Source of the DNA: an uncultured Bdellovibrio sp.
Lineage (GTDB): Bacteria > Bdellovibrionota > Bdellovibrionia > Bdellovibrionales > Bdellovibrionaceae
Direction of reading: 5' to 3'
Length of the DNA: 64,000 bases
Assembly (NCBI GenBank): GCA_963932905.1
Contig: CAWVRN010000006.1
Span: 64,001-128,000 of the forward strand
Shown piece by piece: positions 8,429 through 18,699 of the stretch. Under the pieces are notes generated by a model. It made no database searches. It saw nothing but the letters and a program-made list of their open reading frames with translations, and was not told where the DNA came from. How positions within the stretch are numbered: position 1 is the stretch's first letter; every line of letters starts with the position of its first letter. Position numbers and translations under genes: made by a program.

Positions 8429-9698
8429 AGAAGCTTCCTCTCACTTTTGAACGACCTTCACGTACGTAGAATTCAAATTCATCTCTAAATTTAGTCACGA
8501 AACTTAGCACTGGTAATGCTGCCGCATCAGAAAGAGCGCAGATGGTACGACCTTTCATGTTGTCCGCCACTTTGACTAATAGATCGATATCTTGCAAACG
8601 ACCTTTGCCTTCGAGGATTGAGTGAACGATTTTATTTAACCAGCCCGTACCTTCACGGCACGGAGTACACTGACCACATGATTCATGGTGATAGAAGTGC
8701 ATCAATACACCCAGCATATCGACCATACATTGTGAATCATCGATCACGATAACCGCGCCAGAACCAAGCATAGTTCCCATTTGCGCTAAACATTCGTAAT
8801 CAAGTGTTGCTTTCATGGCTTCTTCAGCTGTTAGAACCGGAGCTGATGATCCACCAGGAATAACCGCTTTTAACTTGCGACCTGGCTTCATACCGCCGCC
8901 TTCATTGTTGATCAAATCATTCAATGAATAGCCTAAGTTCACTTCATAGTTACCTGGTTTACGAACGTTACCACTTAATGAGAATAACTTCGTACCTGGT
9001 GATTTTTCAGTGCCGTATTTTTTGTAAGCCGCAGCACCGTCACGGATGATGTATTTAACGGCCGCTAACGTTTCTACGTTATTAACAATGGTTGGTTTTT
9101 GTAAATAGCCTTTTACCGCAGGGAAAGGTGGTTTTAACTTTGGCTGACCTTTTTGACCTTCTAAAGAAGAAATCAAACCAGTTTCCTCACCACAGATGTA
9201 GGCGCCCGCGCCGCGGTACACGTCCATATCGTGATCAAAACCAGAACCCATAATATTTTTACCCAGATAGCCGGCTTTGTAAGCCTCTTGTACGGCTTGT
9301 TCTAGAACTTCAACTGGGTAGTAATATTCACCGCGAACGTAGATGTAACTTTTCTTAGATCCCACCGCAAAAGCAGAAATAATCATACCTTCGATTAATT
9401 GGTGAGGAGCACGCTCCATCATCAAACGATCTTTAAATGTGCCCGGTTCACCTTCATCGGCGTTACATACTAGGTAACGAGGTTCATTATTTTTCGGCAA
9501 GAAACTCCATTTCATGCCAGTCGAAAAACCTGCGCCACCACGACCACGCAGGCCCGAAGCCTTCACATCGTCGATGATTTGCTGAGGTTGCATCTTCAAG
9601 GCTTTCGCTAAATTTACATAGCCACCGTGTTTTTTGTAGCCATCTAAAAAGCGAAATTCATCTAGATGATAAAATTCGGTAAGTAGTTTTGTTTCCAT
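8409..9698 (-). CDS. nuoF: NADH-quinone oxidoreductase subunit F
   Basis: SGLRGRGGAGF, NADEGEPGTFKDR, GAGAYICGEET, ESCGQCTPCREG. Confidence 0.98.
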   Translation of the reverse strand: METKLLTEFYHLDEFRFLDGYKKHGGYVNLAKALKMQPQQIIDDVKASGLRGRGGAGFSTGMKWSFLPKNNEPRYLVCNADEGEPGTFKDRLMMERAPHQLIEGMIISAFAVGSKKSYIYVRGEYYYPVEVLEQAVQEAYKAGYLGKNIMGSGFDHDMDVYRGAGAYICGEETGLISSLEGQKGQPKLKPPFPAVKGYLQKPTIVNNVETLAAVKYIIRDGAAAYKKYGTEKSPGTKLFSLSGNVRKPGNYEVNLGYSLNDLINNEGGGMKPGRKLKAVIPGGSSAPVLTAEEAMKATLDYECLAQMGTMLGSGAVIVIDDSQCMVDMLGVLMHFYHHESCGQCTPCREGTGWLNKIVHSILEGKGRLQDIDLLVKVADNMKGRTICALSDAAALPVLSFVTKFRDEFEFYVREGRSKVRGSFYAQMHH

Positions 9699-9710
9699 TA
9701 TTTCACCCTT

Positions 9711-10205
9711 CTACTTCATTCCGCGCAGAATGTTCATTGCAGATTCTGGAGTTAAACTTTCATAGTATTTTTCATTCACTTGCATCATCGGCGCTGTTCC
9801 ACATGAACCAAGGCATTCCACGCGTGAAACAGTAAAACGACCATCACCAGTCACTTCACCTAAATGCACACCTAATTCGTGGCAAATATGACTAGCCAGC
9901 TCACGCCCACCTTCAAGAGCACATGAAATATTAGTGCAGACTTGAACATGGTGTTTACCTACTGGAACTTGGTTGAACATAGTGTAGAATTTGAACACTT
10001 CATTGATTTTGCTCACCGGAATATCCATCACTTGTCCCAAGTGATGAATAACCGCAGTCGTGATAAAACCTTTGTTTTCTTTCTGCGCGATATAAAGAGA
10101 CGGAATAATGGCCGAGTCTTTGATTTCATAGCGAGCCAATTCTTTTTTGACGGCCGCTAAGCCTTCCGCAGATAGTTGAAATGTAGATTTCGCAGTTTCT
10201 AGCAT
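9711..10205 (-). CDS. nuoE: NADH-quinone oxidoreductase subunit E
   Basis: FYTMF, VCTNISC, ECLGSC..AP. Confidence 0.95.
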   Translation of the reverse strand: MLETAKSTFQLSAEGLAAVKKELARYEIKDSAIIPSLYIAQKENKGFITTAVIHHLGQVMDIPVSKINEVFKFYTMFNQVPVGKHHVQVCTNISCALEGGRELASHICHELGVHLGEVTGDGRFTVSRVECLGSCGTAPMMQVNEKYYESLTPESAMNILRGMK

Positions 10206-10225
10206 TGAGAATCCTTTTTAAATAA

Positions 10226-11908
10226 TTATCTATCTAATTCACCAGCGATAACGTTCATGCTGGCTACGGTTGCAATTGCGTCCGCTAACATCGTTCCCTT
10301 CACTACGGATGGGAATGATTGGTAGATCGCAAAGCATGGTGGTCTTACTTTCAAGCGGTATGGATTCGCAGAACCATCACTCACTAAATAAAAACCAAGC
10401 TCACCATTGGCAGCTTCTGTCGCATCGTAAACTTCACCAACCGGTGGACGTAAACCTTTGATCACAAGCATGAAGTGATTCATCAAGCCTTCGATATTTC
10501 CGTACACGTCTTTCTTTTCAGGAAGAACGATACCTTTATCGCGAACTGTGTAATCACCACCTGGAACATTTTTGCAAACTTGCTCAATGATGCGGATACT
10601 TTGCTTCATCTCTTCGATACGAACTAAATATCGGTCATAGATGTCGCCGTTTGTACCAACTGGTACGTCGAAATTTAAACCGTCGTAGCCGTAGTAAGGC
10701 GACGTTTTACGTAAATCTAAATTCACGCCGCAGGCTCTTAATAAAGGACCTGTGTAACCCCAAGAAATGGCTTCTGCCGCTGATACAGGAGCCACGCCCT
10801 GAGTCCGTTTGATAAATATTTTATTAGAGATAAATAATTTATCGATTTCATCCACGGCCGCGCGCATTTCTTTACAGAAAGCCATGACTTCGTCGAACCA
10901 ACCATCTGGCGCATCTTGAGCCATACCACCGATACGAGTCATCGACACAGTTAAACGAGCACCGCAAAGGCGTTCAAATAGTGTGTAAACTTTTTCACGG
11001 TATGTAAACAAGTGGAAGAAGGCCGTTAAGGCGCCCAAATCCACGCCACCGGTACCAACTGAAATAATATGATCGATGATACGAGATAGTTCGCAAAGGA
11101 TCACGCGCATCGCTTGCGCTTTGGGCGGAATTTCAATTCCTAAAAGCCGCTCAACTGTTTTGCAGTAACCCACGTTATTCATCGGAGCTGAACAATAGTT
11201 CAAACGATCCGTGTAAGGGATTACTTGATTGTATGGATGAGTTTCCGCCATTTTTTCAAAACAACGGTGCAGATAGCCGATTTCGCAGCTGGCGCGAACA
11301 ATCGTTTCACCATCCAGTTCCGCCATCACACGCAACGTTCCATGCATCGCTGGATGTGACGGACCAATGTTGATTGGGACTAGGTTTTCATTCAGAACAT
11401 CACCACGCTCTTCACCTTCATTGTCAAAATGTACTGGTAATACATCTGTGCAATGTTGCTGACGATCGGCTTCGTAATCTTTACGAAGTGGATGACCTTG
11501 AAATTGGTGATGAGTTAAAATTTTTCTTAAATTCGGATGACCTTGGAAACGGATGCCGTACATGTCGTAAGCTTCACGTTCAAACCAGTCAGCACCTTTC
11601 CAAACTTTGGTTGCCGTTTCTACATGTTCCCCATCAGCTAACTGAGTTTTCACACGCAGACGGCGGCCATCACGAGACGAAAACAAAGCGTACACAACAT
11701 CAAAACGTTTTTCACGGTTTGGATAATCCACTCCGCAAACGTCCATCAAAAAATCAAATTTTTGATTTACTTTTAGGTGGCGAAGAACCGGGATCACGTC
11801 TTCTTTTGGAATTTCTAAAACATCATCACCCACCGCATGCGTAAAGCGATATTGATTAGTGTTGAAGTGTTTATCTAAATCACTTTTTAATTCGTCAATG
11901 CGATTCAT
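10226..11908 (-). CDS. nuoCD: NADH-quinone oxidoreductase fused subunit C/D
   Basis: [11 protein letters not shown]...GHPLRKDY (C part) followed by [22 protein letters not shown] (D part). Confidence 0.97.
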   Translation of the reverse strand: MNRIDELKSDLDKHFNTNQYRFTHAVGDDVLEIPKEDVIPVLRHLKVNQKFDFLMDVCGVDYPNREKRFDVVYALFSSRDGRRLRVKTQLADGEHVETATKVWKGADWFEREAYDMYGIRFQGHPNLRKILTHHQFQGHPLRKDYEADRQQHCTDVLPVHFDNEGEERGDVLNENLVPINIGPSHPAMHGTLRVMAELDGETIVRASCEIGYLHRCFEKMAETHPYNQVIPYTDRLNYCSAPMNNVGYCKTVERLLGIEIPPKAQAMRVILCELSRIIDHIISVGTGGVDLGALTAFFHLFTYREKVYTLFERLCGARLTVSMTRIGGMAQDAPDGWFDEVMAFCKEMRAAVDEIDKLFISNKIFIKRTQGVAPVSAAEAISWGYTGPLLRACGVNLDLRKTSPYYGYDGLNFDVPVGTNGDIYDRYLVRIEEMKQSIRIIEQVCKNVPGGDYTVRDKGIVLPEKKDVYGNIEGLMNHFMLVIKGLRPPVGEVYDATEAANGELGFYLVSDGSANPYRLKVRPPCFAIYQSFPSVVKGTMLADAIATVASMNVIAGELDR

Positions 11909-12447
11909 GTGTTTGATCCTGCTTGAATAAGATTGGCTTCGTAAGGATTTTTCCAGTTATCACGCCAAGGACGCGGTTGGTTGGTAGCAATCATACGTTG
12001 TAACAACATGATACCATCTAACACCGCTTCTGGAGTCGGAGGACAACCCGGAACGTAAACGTCAACAGGGATAACTTTGTCAGCACCTTGTAGTACGTGA
12101 TACGCGCGATAGAAACCGCCCGAGCTGGCACAGGCACCCATAGAAAGAACATATTTAGGCTCTAACATTTGTTCGTAAATACGAACTAAAATTGGTGCCA
12201 TTTTTTCAGTGATCGTACCAGCAACAAGAAGCAAGTCCGCTTGACGTGGGCTGAAACGAACAACCTCCGCACCGAAGCGAGCTAAGTCATAACGTGGACC
12301 CATCACACTCATTAATTCAATACCGCAACACGCAGTACCGTATGGCAGTGGCCACAACGCATTTTTTCTACCCCAGGCAACGATCGCATCCAATTTGGTT
12401 GTGAACGCAAAAGAACGTGACATTTCGTCAATACTTTTATCGGCCAT
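11905..12447 (-). CDS. nuoB: NADH-quinone oxidoreductase subunit B
   Basis: [27 protein letters not shown]. Confidence 0.97.
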   Translation of the reverse strand: MADKSIDEMSRSFAFTTKLDAIVAWGRKNALWPLPYGTACCGIELMSVMGPRYDLARFGAEVVRFSPRQADLLLVAGTITEKMAPILVRIYEQMLEPKYVLSMGACASSGGFYRAYHVLQGADKVIPVDVYVPGCPPTPEAVLDGIMLLQRMIATNQPRPWRDNWKNPYEANLIQAGSNT

Positions 12448-12761
12448 ATTTTCACCTCGTTTTCATCTAGACATTTAATTGGTACTTTATATTTACTGGC
12501 CTGACAACCGTATAATTTCACAGAAGTTCATTTGTAAAACTGCAGGCTTAGCTGCAGAAAAACCGTTTGAAAAATGGCGATGAAAATCGCTCTCAATTCG
12601 AAAGCAAAAATGCTAAAAAAATTCGCATTTGCTGATTTTTTTCGCAGAAACTCTTAGACAAACGCGCGTATTCGAACTTTAATGGTACTCGACTTTGATC
12701 TTAAAGCAAAAACTTCGAAAACATGGGTGTCTTCGAAAAGGTCAAAACACAAGGAGGGTTC

Positions 12762-14231
12762 ATGAAAGCTCTATTTATTTTAGCAGCTGTCGCACTGGCT
12801 ATACCTAGTTTCTCGCAAACTGTGGAAAGCAAACAAGTTAATTATCTAGTAAAATTCAAATCGACGCGCGATCTACAAAACGCGATGAAAAAGTCGGTTA
12901 TGTCGGGTACCAAAGCAAGTGCTGAACAAAAGATAGAGGTCATCACGGAACAAATGGTTCTTGTGTCCGGCAAAAATGCCGCATCAGCTCCATTACTGAA
13001 AAATCAAAACGTGGAATACGTTCAGCCCGACTATGAATTGGGATTAATTGAAACCTTCAAGGCAGACGACAAAGACCAAAAAGCTCAAGTTATGGACTAC
13101 TTGATAAAAAACCCGCAGCTTTTGGGAAAAGCTAAAGGTGACAATCCCATCATACCTCAATCGCCAAATTCTCGCACGTCTCGCGATCCATTAATTAACA
13201 AACAATGGGGCATGCTTGATATGGGCGCGGCCCAAGTGTGGCCAGTGGCTAAAAACAATAAAACAGTTGTTGTCGCGGTAATCGATTCCGGTGTTGACTA
13301 CACTCACCCTGATTTAGTGGCCAACATGTGGCGCAATCCGGGCGAAACAGGCAAAGACGCTCAAGGCCGAGACAAATCGCAAAATAAAATCGATGACGAC
13401 GGAAACGGTTATGTTGATGACGTAGTCGGTTACGATTTTGCTGCCAACGATTCACTTCCTTACGATAAAGCGGTTGCCCCATGGCAATTACTTTTAGGTG
13501 GTGGCAATCCTGGTCATGGCACTCACTGTGCGGGCAACATCGCGGCTCGTGGAAACAATGGTTTAGGTATTTCCGGCGTGGCTCCGAATGCCCAAATCAT
13601 GGCGCTTCGATTTATCTCTGAAAAGGGCACAGGCGTGACTTCGGCGGCCATCAAAGCGATTCGCTATGCTGTGGATAACGGCGCTAAAGTTTTGAATAAT
13701 TCTTGGGGTTCAATGGGTGAAGATCCAAGCGAACCAACTGAAAACAAAGCTCTTCGTGAAGCAATTCAGTACGCTGAATCTAAAGGTGCATTGTTCGTAG
13801 TGGCCGCTGGTAACGGTTTCCGCGGCAAAGGATATGACAACGATACAGCAGCACGTCCGGCGTATCCAGCCAGCTATCCTTACTCGAACATCATCAGCGT
13901 TGCGGCGATTGACGTGAATAATCAACTAGGCAAATTCTCGAACTACGGTGTTAAATCAGTTCACATCGGCGCACCGGGCGTGAAAATTTACAGCACAGTC
14001 GTTGGCGGAAAATATTCAGATCAACCCATTCCACTCTTAGCAGTTTGGGAAGGCACAAGTATGGCGGCTCCGCATGTCGCGGGCGCGGCGGCTTTGTACT
14101 GGGCCCAAAATCCAGACAAAACAATGGCCGAAGTTAAAGCGGCTATTTTGAATTCAGCAGCACCAATTCCTGCTTTAAAAGGCAAGGTTTCTAGTGGTGG
14201 TAAGCTGAACCTTGTAAATTTGATGAAATAA
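12762..14231 (+). CDS. Secreted subtilisin-like S8 serine protease with prodomain
   Basis: VAVIDSG, GHGTHCAG, GTSMAAPHV catalytic triad; signal peptide; GGAGGG RBS before ATG 12762. Confidence 0.95.
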   Translation: MKALFILAAVALAIPSFSQTVESKQVNYLVKFKSTRDLQNAMKKSVMSGTKASAEQKIEVITEQMVLVSGKNAASAPLLKNQNVEYVQPDYELGLIETFKADDKDQKAQVMDYLIKNPQLLGKAKGDNPIIPQSPNSRTSRDPLINKQWGMLDMGAAQVWPVAKNNKTVVVAVIDSGVDYTHPDLVANMWRNPGETGKDAQGRDKSQNKIDDDGNGYVDDVVGYDFAANDSLPYDKAVAPWQLLLGGGNPGHGTHCAGNIAARGNNGLGISGVAPNAQIMALRFISEKGTGVTSAAIKAIRYAVDNGAKVLNNSWGSMGEDPSEPTENKALREAIQYAESKGALFVVAAGNGFRGKGYDNDTAARPAYPASYPYSNIISVAAIDVNNQLGKFSNYGVKSVHIGAPGVKIYSTVVGGKYSDQPIPLLAVWEGTSMAAPHVAGAAALYWAQNPDKTMAEVKAAILNSAAPIPALKGKVSSGGKLNLVNLMK

Positions 14232-14287
14232 TAACTATTACCAGCAATTGACCCGGGCACGACTTCGGTGGCGTTACCGTAGAAAAC

Positions 14288-14314
14288 AAGAGGCTACTTT
14301 CCTAGTAGCCTCTT
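14288..14314. terminator. Hairpin terminator between convergent genes
   Basis: aagaggctact-ttcct-agtagcctctt. Confidence 0.8.
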
Positions 14315-14354
14315 TAGTTCGTTTAAATATGAATCTTTATCCGTAGATATTTAA

Positions 14355-15380
14355 TTACGGATTTCTAACTTTTACGTTTTTCTTCGATCCGATCGATCCC
14401 GACACCAACAAAATTCCTCGGAAATTTTCAATCTCTTTTACGTTTCCATCGACTTTCAAAATACCGCGGAAGTTTTTCACCGCCCCTAGATCACCTTTTA
14501 CTTCTAAAATTCCTCGGTAGTTTTCAATCATGCCAACACCGGCGCTCATGCAGCCTAATCCACGATAGTTTGATACGGATTCGATACTTTTTGAATCTAT
14601 CAATGATAATGCCCGCACGTTATTTACTTGTTTAATCGATTGTGCTCCGGCACGAATTAATAGACTGCGGATATTATCCAATTTCGAAATATTTTGGATA
14701 TTATTCAGAATCAACAAACCACGATGATTAACAACACTGACCTCGGCTTTGTTTTCTACCTTCAAAAATCCGCGAGTGTTTTCAAAACTAGATTTGTTTG
14801 AACCAGGCAGGATATTGAATTTAACTTTCAATAAGTCAGCACAGCTGACTTTCATACCTTTAATGTTACCATCGTCATCGGCATCGACGACATCATCCGT
14901 GTCTTTATCATCGCGATCATCGCAACTACCACCGTCTTTCGAGTCATCTTTTGGAGTTGACGCAACTGGAACATTTGGGTCCACCTTTGGAGGCGACGCA
15001 ACTGGAACATTTGGGTCCACCTTTGGAGGCGACGCAACTGGAACATTTGGGTCCACCTTTGGAGGCGACACAACTGGAACATTTGGGTCCACCTTTGGAG
15101 GCGACGCAACTGGAACATTTGGATCCACCTTTGGAGGCGACACAACTGGCGTAGCCGGGTCGTTGCCACCTACATTTGAGGGCGTATCCATAGGAAGATC
15201 AGCCGGAGGGTCTTGCACATCACTGACGTCTGAAATATCTACCAGATCAGTATTACCTCCCGCCAATTTACCTAAATCCTGAGACGCTAAGCTTATCTCC
15301 CCACTTTGACCACAGTTTTGAAATGAGACAACCAGCAAACCTGACAAAAACAAATACAAAATTTTGTGTTTCAAAGACAT
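14355..15380 (-). CDS. Lipoprotein with Pro-rich tandem repeats and C-terminal beta-solenoid-like repeats
   Basis: Signal ending VSFQNC; (SPPKVDPNVPV[A/V])x5; xNxRG[IL]L repeats; start moved to ATG 15380. Confidence 0.8.
   Translation of the reverse strand: MSLKHKILYLFLSGLLVVSFQNCGQSGEISLASQDLGKLAGGNTDLVDISDVSDVQDPPADLPMDTPSNVGGNDPATPVVSPPKVDPNVPVASPPKVDPNVPVVSPPKVDPNVPVASPPKVDPNVPVASPPKVDPNVPVASTPKDDSKDGGSCDDRDDKDTDDVVDADDDGNIKGMKVSCADLLKVKFNILPGSNKSSFENTRGFLKVENKAEVSVVNHRGLLILNNIQNISKLDNIRSLLIRAGAQSIKQVNNVRALSLIDSKSIESVSNYRGLGCMSAGVGMIENYRGILEVKGDLGAVKNFRGILKVDGNVKEIENFRGILLVSGSIGSKKNVKVRNP
14959..15149. repeat. 36-bp coding tandem repeat (VNTR), 5 copies plus a partial
   Basis: gac[g/a]caactggaacatttgggtccacctttggaggc at 14959, 14995, 15031, 15067, 15103. 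Confidence 0.97.
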
Positions 15381-15404
15381 TAAAACCCCCATACATTGGT
15401 AGGC

Positions 15405-15420
15405 TGCAAAGAAGGTACCG
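15405..15420 (-). promoter_or_regulatory. Candidate sigma54 promoter of the repeat lipoprotein
   Basis: Minus strand CGGTACCTTCTTTGCA = GG-N10-GC with TTGC. Confidence 0.55.
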
Positions 15421-15620
15421 AACGATGAATCACTCAATTAGCTTCACCGTCAACAGACTTAACACTGGTAAAAACTTATACGTTTATTATTTTGAAACAC
15501 TCGGAAACAGCTAAGTATATTTACTTGCAGATTCGGAAACTTCAACGACAACATGGGAAGAGTTTAAGAACATAGTTTCCCCAAATGATATTTTTGCCCT
15601 TTTCTTAAGGGGCTCCATTT

Positions 15621-16787
15621 TTATTTATACGCCGGTAAGCCAGTGATGTATTCGCCCAGAACCAAACGGTGAATATCTTCTGTCCCCTCGTACGTATTAA
15701 CGCTTTCCAAATTTAACATATGGCGAGCACATTGATATTCGAATGTAATTCCACTGGCCCCCAAAATATCGCGAGTCATGCGCGCGTGCTTCAGTGCTTT
15801 AGAAACATTGTTCATTTTCGCCATCGAGATATGCTGGGGCGTACACTTGCCAGCATCTTTTAATCGACCGATCCTTAGCGCCAACGTCTGCGCTAGCGTG
15901 ATGTCGGTGAGCATCTCGACAAGCTTTGCTTGCACCAGCTGAAAACCACCGATCGGTTTATCAAATTGTATACGTGTTTTTGCGTAGTTAACGGCTTCAT
16001 CGTAACACGCCATCGACGCACCGATAACTCCCCAAGAAATACCAAAACGTGCGTTGTTCAGACATGCGAACGGGCCCTTTAATCCCTCAACATTTAATTT
16101 GTTGGTCGCTGGCACTCGACACTCTTCGAAAATCAATTCACTGGTAACCGATGCTTTTAAAGAAAACTTTTTCTCGATGTTTCTAACATTAAAACCCTTT
16201 AAATCGCGGTCGACAACCAACCCAATCACTTTGCCGCGTTCGTCACGCGCCCAAACGATGGCCAGCTGACTGATACCGCCGTTGGTGATCCACATTTTTG
16301 ATCCGTTGAGCACATATTCGCTGCCGTCTTTAATAGCAGTCGTTCGCATCCCCGCCGGATTGCTTCCAAAATCGGGCTCGGTTAAACCAAAGCAACCGAT
16401 CCATTCGCCTTTAGCCATTTTAGGCAGATATTTTCTCTTTAATTCTTCACTGCCGAATTCAGCAATTGGAAACATGCAAAGCGCGCCCTGTACGCTGACA
16501 AAAGAACGAATGCCACTATCCGCGCGCTCCAGTTCCTGCATGATCAAACCATAGGACGTATAATTGACTCCCGCGCAGCCATAACCTTGAATTGTAGAGC
16601 CCAACGTCCCCAACTCCGCCAATCCTGGGATCAAATCCTTAGGAAAAATGCCTTTCTCATAATCGTCGGCGATTCTAGGCATAATCTCTTTGTTAACGTA
16701 TTGACGGACAGTGTCTCGAATCAGAATTTCTTCGGATGACAATTCGCTATTTAAATCAAGAAAATCGACGGACTCAAAAGCTTTCAC
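15621..16787 (-). CDS. gcdH: Acyl-CoA dehydrogenase, glutaryl-CoA dehydrogenase-like
   Basis: ELERADSGIRSFVSVQ, GCFGLTEPDFGS, NLESVNTYEGTEDIH. Confidence 0.8.
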   Translation of the reverse strand: MKAFESVDFLDLNSELSSEEILIRDTVRQYVNKEIMPRIADDYEKGIFPKDLIPGLAELGTLGSTIQGYGCAGVNYTSYGLIMQELERADSGIRSFVSVQGALCMFPIAEFGSEELKRKYLPKMAKGEWIGCFGLTEPDFGSNPAGMRTTAIKDGSEYVLNGSKMWITNGGISQLAIVWARDERGKVIGLVVDRDLKGFNVRNIEKKFSLKASVTSELIFEECRVPATNKLNVEGLKGPFACLNNARFGISWGVIGASMACYDEAVNYAKTRIQFDKPIGGFQLVQAKLVEMLTDITLAQTLALRIGRLKDAGKCTPQHISMAKMNNVSKALKHARMTRDILGASGITFEYQCARHMLNLESVNTYEGTEDIHRLVLGEYITGLPAYK

Positions 16788-16851
16788 TCTATGCTCCCTA
16801 GGTTAAAAATATCAGTTTTAGACGGACGGAAATCATGTTACGACTTTTCCC

Positions 16852-18699
16852 ATGAACATCAATAATTTTGTTATTTCAGTCGCTACAGTCAACGGAAGCG
16901 GGTCTCAGTCCGCGAACAATATTCTATTAAAATCTTTATTTCGTATGGGTATCCCGGTTGGGGGCAAAAATGTATTTCCATCTAACATCGCAGGTCTTCC
17001 AACATGGTTTTGGATCCGCGCAGATGACAAAGGTTTTGTAGCTCGTCGCGAACACGCCGATATTTTCGTAGCCATGAATCCGACGACATTGAAGGAAGAT
17101 TTAAAAACCGTGAAAAACGGCGGCTATTTTATTTACAATTCTGATTTAGGAATTAAGCCTGAGCTAACTCCAGAACTTCAAGAAGTTCAACTGATCCCGA
17201 TTTCATTCAAACCCCTTGTTGATAAATCAACAGATTCAATCAAAATCAAAAAACTTGTGATCAACATGGTTTACGTTGGAGTCATCGCGCAATTATTAGG
17301 AATTGATGTTCCTACATTGAACGAAACGATTGCTGATCAATTTGAAGGAAAAGAATCCGTTATCGAAGTAAACAGAAAAGCTTCTGAAAATGGTTTCATC
17401 TACGCGCAAGAAAATTTGAAAATTCCGTTCCTGTTCAAAGCTGAAAAATCAGATCGTAATAAAAACAAAATCATGATGGATGGCAACTCGGCTGGAGCCC
17501 TTGGTTGGCTTTTTGGAGGGTGCACATTCACAGCTTGGTACCCTATCACGCCGTCTAGCTCGATCGTTGAGAACTATATCAAGTTTGCGAACAAATATCG
17601 TAAAGATGAAAATGGTAAAAACAAGTTCGCCGTGGTTCAGGCCGAAGACGAATTATCAGCGATATGTATGGTGATCGGCGCTGGTTGGTCTGGCGCTCGC
17701 AGTATCACGGCGACATCTGGCCCGGGCTTAAGTTTGATGGCTGAATCGGCTGGTTTTTCTTACTTCACTGAAATCCCGTCAGTGATTTGGAACGTACAAC
17801 GTATGGGTCCATCGACCGGTATGCCGACTCGTACAGCGCAAGGGGATCTACTATCTTCCGTATTCCTTTCACACGGTGACACTAAGCACCCGTGTTTGAT
17901 TCCTGGAACAATCAAAGAGTGTTTTGATTTCGGTCAAACGGCGTTCGACATAGCGGAACGTTTTCAACAGTTAGTCATCGTCCTCAGCGATTTAGATTTA
18001 GGTATGAACTTATGGATGGAAGATAAATGGGATTACCCAGAAAAACCATACGATCGAGGTAAAGTTTTAACGGCCGCTGATTTAGAAAAAGTAACTCAGT
18101 TCGAACGTTATGCTGATGTCGATGGTGACGGCATCGCTTACCGCACTCTGCCCGGTACTCGCAGCGATAAAGCCGCATTCTTTACCCGTGGCAGCGGACA
18201 CAATCGTCGGGCCGCTTACACAGAGAAAAGCGATGAGTATTTATACATCCTAGATCGTTTGGCTAAAAAATGGCAAACGGCGAAAGCTTATGTTCCGGGC
18301 CCAGTGTTCTGCTGTTCAAAAGATTTAAAATCTTTTGAATTAAAAGCTGGAACCGCTGTGAAATCTGTTTGCGATAGCAAATATGGTATCATCGCCTATG
18401 GTTCTAGCGATATGTCGGTGAAAGAAGCGATGTATTTATTAGATAAACAAAATTTGAATTTTGATTACTGCCGTATTCGCGCGGTCCCCTTTACTGATTC
18501 TATTTTGGAATTTATTAAATCTCATGAACGTGTTTTCGTTGTGGATCAAAACCGCGATGGACAAATGTTTGAATTATTGAAAATGGAAATGCCAGACACC
18601 GCTCTTCATTTAAGTTCGGTTAAACATTACGATGGTACTCCAATCACGGCAGACACGATCGTTAAGCACATCAAATCACAACTTGGAGACGCAACATGA
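16852..18699 (+). CDS. korA: 2-oxoacid:ferredoxin oxidoreductase alpha subunit (gamma-alpha fusion)
   Basis: NGSGSQS, YPITPSS, QAEDE, TATSGPG, QR.GPSTGMPT. Confidence 0.9.
   Translation: MNINNFVISVATVNGSGSQSANNILLKSLFRMGIPVGGKNVFPSNIAGLPTWFWIRADDKGFVARREHADIFVAMNPTTLKEDLKTVKNGGYFIYNSDLGIKPELTPELQEVQLIPISFKPLVDKSTDSIKIKKLVINMVYVGVIAQLLGIDVPTLNETIADQFEGKESVIEVNRKASENGFIYAQENLKIPFLFKAEKSDRNKNKIMMDGNSAGALGWLFGGCTFTAWYPITPSSSIVENYIKFANKYRKDENGKNKFAVVQAEDELSAICMVIGAGWSGARSITATSGPGLSLMAESAGFSYFTEIPSVIWNVQRMGPSTGMPTRTAQGDLLSSVFLSHGDTKHPCLIPGTIKECFDFGQTAFDIAERFQQLVIVLSDLDLGMNLWMEDKWDYPEKPYDRGKVLTAADLEKVTQFERYADVDGDGIAYRTLPGTRSDKAAFFTRGSGHNRRAAYTEKSDEYLYILDRLAKKWQTAKAYVPGPVFCCSKDLKSFELKAGTAVKSVCDSKYGIIAYGSSDMSVKEAMYLLDKQNLNFDYCRIRAVPFTDSILEFIKSHERVFVVDQNRDGQMFELLKMEMPDTALHLSSVKHYDGTPITADTIVKHIKSQLGDAT

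Noticed and set aside
14959..15149. 36-bp repeats as a CRISPR array
   Set aside because: Units are contiguous with no spacers, in frame within a lipoprotein gene, and there are no cas genes in the window.
14749..15282. Alternative-frame ORFs over the VNTR (14749-15282, 14852-15169, 14951-15154)
   Set aside because: They are open only because the 36-bp unit lacks stops; the minus-strand lipoprotein has the signal peptide and RBS.
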